Shown: piece after piece, positions 38,201 to 48,776 of the stretch
Layout: every line of letters begins with the position of its first letter
Numbering within the stretch: position 1 is the stretch's first letter
Assembly (NCBI GenBank): GCA_023231475.1
Contig: JALJEE010002047.1
Location: 1-64,000, forward strand
From: Seison nebaliae
Lineage: Eukaryota
DNA length: 64,000 bases
Direction of reading: 5' to 3'
The notes under the pieces: generated by a model
Seen by the model: the letters and a program-made list of their open reading frames with translations, nothing else
Database searches by the model: none
What the model was told of the DNA's origin: nothing
Program-made: the position numbers and the translations under genes

Positions 38201-41200
38201 TGTCAATTCGAAACGACCGTCAACAATAATGAAGAGAACAGGATCATCTGTCGAAATTAAGAAATATGATAAGGAGAAGATGTATAGTTCGATTGGAATT
38301 GATATTTGTGTTCTAGTTACATGTGCCATGAATTCTCAATCATTTGCCAAAGCATTATATTATCAAGAGAAGTTATATAAAGAGCAACCGGATAATCGAA
38401 AACATCGACAGAATTTGATTAGTATCAACAATTATTTAGGACAACCAGAAGCAGCTCGAGGTGTTGTAGCGAATGTGGAACGTGACGGGAATTTTGAAGG
38501 ACGACTTCTCGAGAAATTACATCAATGGGATTCAGCATTGACAGTCTATCGCAATGCATTAGAATTACAACGTAATACAAATGCGAATGATTTTCAAAAT
38601 AAATTGGATTTACAACATGGCCATATGAGATGTTTGGAAGCATTGGGTATGTGGACGATGTTGAATCGTGCATGTAAAGATCTATTTAAAACGAATGAGA
38701 AGAATGAAGATCGATTGAATACTCATCGAATGGCAGCGATTGCTAATTGGGGAATGCAGAAATGGTCAAGTATGTATGAACATACAAAAGAATTGAGATT
38801 AAGTAAAAAATATCGATATGATTTCTGTTTATTTCGAGCATCTCATTCTATCCACATCGAAGAATATGATGAAGCTCAAAACTATATAACATTAGCACGA
38901 CGATATCTTGAACCAGAATTAGCGTCGTTAGCGAATGAAAGTTATTCTAGATCATATGGTAGTATGGTACGAGCACAGGAATTAGCCGAATTGGAAGAAG
39001 TGATTCATTATAAACTCGTTCCAGAAAAACGACAAACCATCGAAGAGATGTGGCAAAAACGATTGAGAAGTTGTCAACAGGATGTGGAGACATGGAAAAG
39101 ATTATTACGAATACATTCGCTCGTCATCGAAAATAAGAAAGAAGATGCGATGTGGCTGGAATATATGGATCTCTGTCGTAAATGTGATCAATTGGAAATA
39201 GCGAAATGTGTTTTAGCTGAATTGTTAGTTTGTGGAGAGAAGGTCAATGTCTCCAAATTGGATGACGTTCATTTCCTTCACGAAGATGCTGCAACTGATA
39301 ATACTTCACAAACGGTTCGATTCGCTCATTTCTCTTACGTCTGGGATAAGAAATTTAAAGATAAACAATTTGGTGAATTGTTGACAGTTTATAAAAAGAT
39401 GAATCTTTATGCTGAATCATTCGTTCAATTATTGGGACAATATGGTGAAGATCAACAATTAACTCCAGTGAATGAATCATCTTTTCCTTCTTCCAATACC
39501 GTCGAATTAGTACGTTCGATGAGTGTGAATGATGAGACGAATATGGAAGGCAATTTGACTGAGGCGAAACATTTAACAAATCTCATTTTCGATGCCACAG
39601 CCATTTTGACAGATAGTAATAATGTGAGCACAAATGAATCATTATCATCAACAGCAATTGGAGTAACAGTTAATATTTAATCTCATATTTATATTTAATT
39701 ATCTATATAAATTTAATTATTATTTTCATTAGCATGAATTCATTCCATCAGTTTATCATCAGAATGGTGAAGGAAGAGAAACGGGTGGATCCCTCCAAAA
39801 CGGTCAATATCATCAACGAGAAATGAGTTATGATGATGCGCGTCGATTATGTGCCAAATTCCATATTCAATTAGGACAATGGTCGGAAATTCTGGTGACG
39901 GATACGAGAGAACCACCAGTAGAACGTGAAGTGATAATTGGATATTATCGAAATGCGAAAGAATTAGATCCGAATAATTACGACGCTTGGCAACAATGGG
40001 CACAAAGTAATTATTTCAAAATTGAATCGATGCAAAATGATAAGGAAAGTGACAGTGAAGAAATTGTTCAATATGCGACGAATGCGTTTGATGGATTTGC
40101 TCGAGCTATTCATCTCGGTTCACATGGCACTTTAGTGAACACACTTCGCATTCTTAAACTCATATTTGATAATAGTAAATCGGAGAAGATGATTCGATAT
40201 GCGATGGGTGAGAATGGATTACCAGCTATTAATGTTCGAATTTGGTTACAAGTTATTCCACAACTGATCGCTCGAATTGATTCGAAAGAGCCAATTGTCA
40301 TGTATCTTTTAAAGAAGATTTGTGAATCTCATTCACAAACATTAATATTTCCGTTACATGCAGCACTTCGTAGTTCACAATCAGCGAGGAAAGAAACGGC
40401 AGAAATCATCATTCGACAAATTGCGGAAAAGAACCAGAAATTGGTAGATGAAGCAACAATGATGGCAGAAGAATTAATTCGTGTGGCTGTTTTATGGCAA
40501 GAGATGTGGTTTGAACGATTGGAGGAAGCTTCACGATTATATTTCGTCGATTTACAAGTGGAAGCGATGTTGGATTTATTGGAACCATTACATATAATGA
40601 TCAATAATAATGAAGCAAATCGAACAGCGAAAGAGAATGCTTTCTATCAAGCATTTGGTGGTGAATTGAATAGTGCATGGGCATGTTGTACTGAATTCAG
40701 ATCGACGGGAAATGTCTCGAAAATCGTATTAGCTTGGAATATTTATTATCGTGTTTTCCAAAAAATTCGACGTCAAATTTATCAAATGAATCAATTAGAA
40801 TTACAATACGTTTCTCCTCGACTCCTACGTTGTCGTCGTATGCAATTATGCATTCCAGGTTCTTATGAGCCGAATGCTCCAATGATTCGAATAGAATCAG
40901 TTCATTCCGTTTTGACTATTATCTCATCGAAACAACATCCGAGAAAGATCGCTTTTCGTGGTTCGAATGGAAAAGATTTCAATTTCTTGTTGAAAGGACA
41001 TGAAGATTTGAAACAAGATGAACGAGCGATGCAATTGTTCTCGCTGGTGAATAATCTGTTGATTAACGAACCGGATATGTGTCGAAGGAATTTGACGATT
41101 CAACGATATTCAGTTATTCCATTATCGTCGACTGGTGGATTGTTGGGTTGGGTACCACATTGTGACACGTTACATTCTCTCATCAAAAGTTATCGGGAAA

Positions 41201-42483
41201 TGAAGAACATTCAATTGGATCAAGAAGTTAATGTTATGACAAATGTTTGTGCGTCTCATCAAACTTTGCCAATTACAGCGAGAGTCGAAGTTTTCCGTCA
41301 TGCTCTTCGTGAAACGACCGGTGATGATCTAGCCAATATCCAATGGCTGAAGAGTACACATTCGGAAGTTATTCATTATAATAATTATAATTTATTTTTT
41401 ATAAAAATTTTTAAATATTTTTCTTTTAGATTTGGTTCGAACGACGAACAAATTATATTCGTTCCGTCGCCGTTATGAGTATGGTAGGATATATTTTAGG
41501 ATTGGGCGATCGACATCCTTCCAATATCATGTTAGATCGAATGAGTGGTAAAATTGTTCATATCGATTTTGGCGATTGTTTCGAAGTGGCAATGAATCGA
41601 GAAAAATTCCCAGAACGTGTTCCATTCCGTTTAACTCGAATGATGATTAAAGCTATGGAAGCGACAGGAATTGAAGGAAACTTCCGTGTAACTTGTGAGA
41701 TGATGATGGATCTGATTCGAAAGAATAAAGACAGTCTAATGGTCATATTGGAAGCGTTTGTACATGATCCTTTAGTTAATTGGAAATTGACACGTGTCGA
41801 CGTTGCTAATGTGATGGCAATGCCGATTGAAAGAAGAAAACATTTCCAGTCAATTTTCCGTCGTCAATGTAATCGGATGCATAAAGAGATGGTAGAAATT
41901 CATAGGAAAATCGTTGATTATTCCATCATCACTGAAGTGGATGGAGTCATAGATTCCACTGCCAATTGTATCATTGGTTATTCCTCTTTCTTTCATTTCA
42001 AATTCTCATCTTTCACATTTTTTTTAGGAGCGAATGATGAGAAACCTGTCGATCGACCATTAGCTATTCAGAGGATATTCGACAAATTATATGGACGTGA
42101 TTGTTATCAACCAATGATCGTTGAAGCGTTTGATCGATTGAAGAAATCGAGTGAACATATCAATGCTCTGAAGAGAGAATTGGAGAAATATGAATCATGT
42201 TTATGTCGAAAAGAAAGAACAATCATTCAAGTTTAATTTATTGTCTTTGAATAATTTAATAAATATTTGATATGTAAATCAGGAAGAGATTCGTCGGGAA
42301 TATTTGAAGACAGATAAAAGAGTACCTTGGATCTACGATTTGGAAGTGAAGAAACAAGTAGCTGAACTTATCTCTTATGCAACATCGAATGAAAATTTAT
42401 GTTTATCATACATCGGATGGTTTATCATTATTTAATTTCATAAAGAATCATTTCTCTTTTTCAACAGGTGTCCTTTATGGTGA
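32271..42483 (+). CDS. TOR: Serine/threonine kinase TOR (PIKK family), about 3,310 aa; 6 exons, introns 39669 (or 39663)-39732, 41368-41429, 41977-42027, 42231-42282 and 42420-42467
   Basis: Domains seen: HEAT region ([18 protein letters not shown]), FAT ([40 protein letters not shown]), FRB ([13 protein letters not shown]...LEEASRLYF), kinase ([43 protein letters not shown]) and FATC ([18 protein letters not shown]). The first in-frame ATG is at 32271. Confidence 0.97.
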
Positions 42484-43088
42484 GGAATGAATGAGGAATG
42501 TCAAGTCGAACGGAGACACCACTCAAAACCAATCACTAACATCAATATTTTATGAGAACCAAAAAGAATCGAATTACAAACGAAACGACAAAACTAACAT
42601 TTTGCCGCACGAAAATCAGGATTAAATTTATTTCCAAATCTATTTTTCTAATAAAATACACAATCTATCATCGTGTGTACACAAACTAGTACAATTTTAC
42701 AATTATTGTTCATACTTGCAATTATTATCAAATATGATACACCTTATATTTTTTTCTTATTATACAAATCATTTATTCTCCAATTATATATGTCGATAAA
42801 TAATAAAATTATAAAAATTATATCTCATTTCTTCTCATTTACTGGTACGAAGTTCATGTTTGGGTAACCGAACAGATTGTAACCCTATATAAAAATTTTG
42901 TAAAGGACAGTTCTCGGCCTATGTTTTTATTCGTTCGAACAGTTCTCAACCTTTTGAGAAAAAAAGAGCAGTTCCCAACTTCAAAACATACCGAAAGTTG
43001 AATGGGAAAAATAATAACCGTACATAAAAATCTTCCTGAGCATAGTTATTAACTCATAATTAATATAGTTCTTCACTTACAAGGGAAT

Positions 43089-43821
43089 GGTACGCGTTCG
43101 CATGCGCCGTTTGACTCCAAAAAAATCATGGAGATAGATTTTTTTATTCTGTATGTAAATGTAGGTATGTATTTTCTATATACATTCTGTATAAAAAATT
43201 ATTTAATATATATGTAACGATCCTACAAACTCTCAATGATATGGAAAGTTCTAGTTAAGTTACAGGATGTAACTTACACGATGCATGGTGAAACCTATCG
43301 ATCATCGATCGAATGACCAGCCGGTTAACGACCCTATATCGGGAACGCATGGAAACTGAGGAAGTTGGAACATCTAGGATGTAACTTACAATGATTAATG
43401 GCCCAATTGAACATTGAAGACGTCAGCCGGTTAATGACTCACTAACGTAAAGTTACACCAACTAAGAAGTTGGTGTATTCGGGAACGACTATAAAAACGA
43501 TAGCCATAATAGAAGAAAACACACTCATTCCTTTCTGGCAATTCATTTCGTAATTCATCATAGAACTAATGTATACGCATTCATAGTTTACCTCTCCTTC
43601 CGTGGATCACCGTTTACCCTCGTTCCTCGTTTCTTCTAATTTTTATTCTTTAATATAAATAAAGATCAACTTCTAAATCGCTTCATATACAAAATACAGA
43701 ATAGAAAAAGACCAAAAACCTGGTTTAATATTTCGACTAAGGATAAAAAAATTACAAATCTTTTTAACTATATTTATTCTATGATTTTTTTGGAGACAAA
43801 CAGCGCATGCGAACGCGTACC
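43089..43821. mobile_element. MITE with 41-bp TIRs (GGTACGCG...CGCGTACC), flanked by GAAT on both sides
   Basis: 43089-43129 and 43781-43821 are reverse complements at 39/41 positions. GAAT occurs at 43085-43088 and 43822-43825. Confidence 0.8.
43213..43685 (+). mobile_element. Solo LTR (473 bp) inserted in the MITE
   Basis: It starts TGTAACGAT and ends ATCGCTTCA, with TATA on both flanks (4-bp TSD). It has an internal ~113-bp tandem duplication (AGGATGTAACTTACA...CAGCCGGTTAA), TATAAAA near 43491 and AATAAA about 25 nt before the end. Confidence 0.7.
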
Positions 43822-45182
43822 GAATCTAGGAGCGGTACTCACTTTATAGAGGAACTCATCCTCTGTTTACTTTTCGGAGCGGAAATCACTCTAATTTAAC
43901 TAACTCACTCTGTGAAAAAATGCTTAATACTGCAATTCGGAGAAGAACTCACCCACTATCAATATTTCGGAGAGGAACTCACTCACAAGGAGATGCTTCG
44001 GCTCTACCTCCACCATATAAGTCGGAAAACAGTATTGTCAGTATTATCATTTCGGAGAGGAACTCACCCATTTTTTTCAATTTCGGAGAGAAACTCACTC
44101 ATCTGGTTATATTGCGGAGAGGAACTCACTTATTTTTTTCACTGCACAGAAGATATTACCCTGTTTTACGGAGAGAAACTCATCGCGTTTGTAAAATTGG
44201 AAAAATAATAAAAAATCTCTGATGAGGTCTTCTAAAACATGTACGGTTCTTTAATTGGATAATAGGTTTATGGCGTCGAGACGCTTTGAAATAATTTGAC
44301 ATTAATAGACTCTTTTTCCAATTAATTACAATAAGAATGGCAACTCGCTATGCCAAATACACGTTGAAGTCGGCATATCATAATAGTAGTCGATCATTGG
44401 AACTAAATACAAAAAATTTTCGTTGATTGAAAAGTTTAAAAAAATATTGAAGTCATACATTTACTTCTTTAATCAATTAAAATCACACCGCTCATTTATG
44501 GCAAATGATTCCATATTAATACATCGTGTTTATCGATTAATATTATCAAAATCGCATTTTAAATTCGTCTTATTTGATTGAATTATGAATTTTCTACCTC
44601 CACCATTTGAGATTGGGAGTGAGAATGAACCATAAATTATTAGTATTCAATCATTATCAATATTTTAATTATTACTAATATTCTTAAAAATATAGGGATT
44701 TTTTTATGAGGTGAGTTCCTCTCCGGATTTTAACGAAAAGGGTGAATTTACTCAGGGTGAGTTCCTCTCCGAAATACAAAAAATAGGGTGAGTTCCGCTC
44801 CGAAATTTCAGTGAGTTCCGCTCCGAAAATAGAGAAGACGGTGAACTGAAACGAGGGTGAGTTCCGCTCCGTAACCCACGCGTACCATTCCCTTGTCGGT
44901 TTTTCAATGGTTTATTAAATTTAAGACATAATATGTCTGTCACATTATACAGTTCATATGTTTATCTGGAAAAAGATTATCCGATAGAGTGAAAAATGAG
45001 TAACTGACCAAATTAGTAGTTAATTTTGACATAAGAAATGTATCTTCTTTTTTGTCGGAATCGATAATATATTTTATGAAGGTTAGATTCCATTGAAATC
45101 TATTCTATTTGATCTCAAACCATAAATAACAATTTTAATTTTTCATTTGAACAATTTAAAATCCTAAATTTGGAAAAATCTT

Positions 45183-46150
45183 TATTATTATTATTATTAA
45201 AAATTTATTAAACTTCCCGACGAGATAAATTGGAAAATAAATTTAAAAAATTACGATCATCGCCAGCATCGATTAGGTGATGTAATACGGTAAGAGATTC
45301 CCGATCAATTGGCATGTATGAAGATGGGTCGTAGGAAAAAATAAAATGTTTGAAATCATGAAGAGGAATATCACACGGTAAATCGTAATAACGAATAGTA
45401 TGAGAGAAGATTGAGTGGTTTTGAAACAGATTGATGTTGGAAAAGTGCAAAGTGAGGAGGTTCGGACCAGAAATTTTGCCAATAAAAGAAAAAAGTCGAC
45501 GTGAAAAGAGAATTGGCAGTGGGAGAAAATCTACTGTGGCGAAGAGCAGAGAACGATTACATCTATGAAAACAACATACTAATCTCTTGATAATCCGATT
45601 ATAGGCACGGTCCAACGACAGGAAAAACCGTAGTGTGCATAGAAAGATCGTTTCCAGAGAATAAAGAGGAAGAACCAAATTTCTAAAAAGCTGCAACCGT
45701 AACTTTAAAGGAACAAACTTAGTTTTTGGAGCGAAAGAGAAAAATGATCTACAAAATTTGTTTGTTATATGATCGAGAGAGGGGGAAGAGAAACGACGGA
45801 GATCGATGGTAGAACCTAGGAAGGTGGTGGAGGTTTTTAGAGGAATGTCGGAGAAAGATCGTCTGCCGGTAGATAATAGGCAGTATTTGGAGAGATTAAT
45901 AGATACTCCTCTTTCTGAAAGAAGAAGGCAGACACGCTGATATGAGTGCTTAAGGTGGCCAAGAGAACGGTCTACGATTACAATGTCGTCGGCGTAGGCC
46001 AAAACGTGAGGAAACAAATTAATTCCAATATGGATGTCATTCGATTCATTCAAACTACGAAGAACGTCGTCGATGACTAACCCGAATAGCCAAGGACCGA
46101 GAATGGAACCTTAACGAACGCCAGAGTTGATGGGAAAGAGGTCGCTCTAT
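45183..46150 (-). mobile_element. 5'-truncated LINE (RT C-terminal half) with (TAA)n tail
   Basis: Translation LFPINSGVR*GSILGPWLF is the GVxQG motif with Q changed to a stop at 46113-46111. It is followed by VLAYADDIVI, GVSINLSK and FLGS, and ends in a (TAA)n tract at about 45183-45200. Confidence 0.9.
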
Positions 46151-46852
46151 CGAAAATTATTATTTATTCTTATTATTCCGTTATATATTCTTATAATTAA
46201 TTAATAATAATAATTCATATAATTACATAATTATGACTTAATAACTGTCCTTTTGAGAATTTTTATGCACGGTTACAATCTTTTCAGATTTTTTTGGATT
46301 CTAGACCACTATGTTTTGAGGTTGAGAACTGTCCTTTTTTTCTCAAAAGGTTAAGAACTTTCCGAAATTAGAAAAACAGGTTGAGAACTGTCCGAACGAG
46401 TAAAAAACTGGGTTGAACGTAATAACGTTGTAAATAGGAATGTCCTATTTTAGGGTTGAGAACTGTCGTCTACAAAATTTTTATAAAAGGTTACTATCTG
46501 TCCCCCAATATATGTTTCCTCTAGTTAACGATTAAAATCTAATTATAACGTCTAATTAACAATCCCAATTAAATTATCTAACTTATATTCATATGGTGTT
46601 TATGTTTACAGAAATTAATTGGTTTTAATATTATACGCAATAATAAATAAAAAGAAGCGCAATTTTATTTAAAATTTATTTATTATTGGTTAAAATATTC
46701 ATAATGAGTAATTTCATAAATAATGAAAAGAAATGAATAAAGATAGAATTAAATTATCTATGTGACTGGCGCAAAAAGTTTATTGAACACTTGAATTGAA
46801 TTGATCTGGATTGAATCGATTGGAATTGTAAACTCGCCAAGAAGTTATTGGA

Positions 46853-46950
46853 AAATCGTCCTAACATATAGTCAGGGAGAAGAAACTAGTGACAAATCCT
46901 CCTGACATAATGTCAAGGAGAAGAACCTAGTGACAAATCCTCCTGACATA
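46853..46950. repeat. 41-bp tandem repeat, about 2.4 copies
   Basis: AAATC(G/C)TCCT(A/G)ACATA...GGAGAAGAA(A/C)CTAGTGAC units start at 46853, 46894 and 46935. Confidence 0.9.
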
Positions 46951-48776
46951 CGCTCAGAAGGGTATAATTGAATTGAATTCTCCTCTAGGTAAATACCGAG
47001 GAGTAGAATTCAATCCAAGGACCCTTTCCATCAGATTGATCTGAGCCTTGTTAGAAGAAGAGAAACCCAATCCATTCTTCCCTTTTAAGGTTTAAAAAAA
47101 AACCCTTATATTTGAATGATATCCTCCGCTGAATTGTTCATCATTAAAGCGGAGGATAATCTTCCGATTTCCATGGCTCTGCTGTTACCTGAAGAGAGAA
47201 ATGAAAAACATTAATAATACAACAAACTGACAAAAATCCAACTATGCGATGGAAATCGGAAGCGCTAACCCTATCTATATCTATATATATCTTTTTAAAA
47301 CAAAACCTATAAAACATTTTAAAAAGTATATTATGAGAATATGGAATATTTGCGCTTCTTATATTATCTATACTAATGACTACAACAGCGTGCAAACGAT
47401 CAACATGGATGACTAGAAAAAATTATGTTGAACACTATCAAATTTCTTTTAATTTTAGAGATATTAACTTATTTCAATTTAAGGCTCACAATAATTTTAT
47501 TTTTAATTATTATGTCACGAGCTTCAGCTTCATAATTGGTCTTCACTTCACATATCTGCTTCTACTTAATTATCTTCTTTGTTCTTTTCTCTTCCTTTGC
47601 ACTTATTCAAGTTTATTGAACAACCGTAACTTTTTCAACATTATCTTCACCGGTTTTTCAAACTTTTCTTTAACGATAAGGAACAAGGAAGATACGATAT
47701 AATCTTCTGTTAACGCAACAATGTGTTATCCAACTGCATCACAAGTTGCGTGTTTCTGTATGAAATTTCATAATTGTCACACTGAAATTCCAATCATCAG
47801 ACTATCGTCGACTATAAAAATGTCATTATTCTTTTTGGGGAATATTTCTCTTTTTTCTCTTTAACAATAAATATCCAAAATATCCTAACAATATATATCC
47901 AATTGACCTACAGTCCATACTATTTTTTTGAAAACTCATAACATTTTCCTATATGAAATTATTATCTTTAAAAATTAAATTAGGAAAATCATTCAAAGAA
48001 ACTAGTGGAATATGGTGAGAAGTTGAATATAATTGAAGTTAATGAAATTATAATTCCACATTATCTTCACACAAACATTATGACGATAACAAATTCCATA
48101 ATATACATCTAGAATTAGAGTGAAGTGAAGTTGTGATGAATAAGTTGAAATTGAGAAGTGTGGAGAAGGATTGTGGAAAAATGAAGAAATTAATTTTCAT
48201 TTATTTTTCTTCTAAATGGGAAGAATGTTATTAAATTAAAGAATCCACATCGTATGAACGATATTGTTGAACTAATTACGAAAGAAGTTGCATTTTGTCT
48301 TTTGAGATGAATGATCGAAATAGAAAGGAAACATGACGAACAAATAGAAAAAGAAAGTTTTTGATTTTTTCCCTTGTGTAAAATTCGAACGATTATTGAA
48401 TATTTCTGTTGTTAGATAAAAAAATCGAATTCGAAGTAAAATGAAGAAGGAAATAAATAAGAGAGGAAGAATGAATTTGCAAAATAAACGATTTGTGGGT
48501 AATAGAACGAAAGAGGAATGGAAAAATGTAATTTTAGTTCTGTGATTTGTTGTTTGTTTTTTTTTTTTTTCAGTTTTCAGAAGAGTTTCCAAATAAAAAG
48601 AATCAGTTTTGATAGAAAATCATTTAGAAAGGAGGAGGAGGAGAAGAGAAGAGAAATAAATAATGTGGTTTATGAAAGAGAAACCATTTGATATCTACAA
48701 GAAAATAATTTGTTTTGAGAAAGGAAGAGAGACCGAAAGCTAAAACGGAAAAATGAATCGACATGAATTTGACGAG

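Larger units (their letters stand above)
43079..44896. mobile_element. Second non-autonomous TIR element with inverted arrays of CGGAG(A/C)GGAACTCAC subterminal repeats
   Basis: A perfect 19-bp inverted repeat ACAAGGGAATGGTACGCGT lies at 43079-43097 and 44878-44896. About nine forward copies of the motif lie at 43829-44185 and about five inverted copies at 44710-44871. Confidence 0.75.
42872..46501. mobile_element. Non-autonomous DNA transposon with long imperfect TIRs built from ACAGTTCTCAACC subrepeats (Mutator/foldback-like); hosts nested insertions
   Basis: Left ACAGATTGTAACCCTATATAAAAATTTTGTAAAGGACAGTTCTC versus reverse complement of right ACAGATAGTAACCTTTTATAAAAATTTTGTAGACGACAGTTCTC is 39/44 identical. 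Similarity continues inward (AACCTTTTGAGAAAAAAA...TCAAAACATA; 42948-42990 versus 46310-46360). There is no clean TSD. Confidence 0.8.

Noticed and set aside
43829..44871. CGGAGAGGAACTCAC repeats as a CRISPR-like array, and ORFs 43912-44208, 43920-44222 and 44752-44943
   Set aside because: The repeats are short, degenerate, irregularly spaced and mirrored at the two ends of a TIR element in a eukaryotic context with no cas genes. The ORFs are by-products of the repeats.
46761..47781. TGTGAC...GTCACA as the ends of a ~1-kb solo LTR
   Set aside because: The flanks (TCTA versus CTGA) form no target-site duplication, so the right boundary is unsupported.
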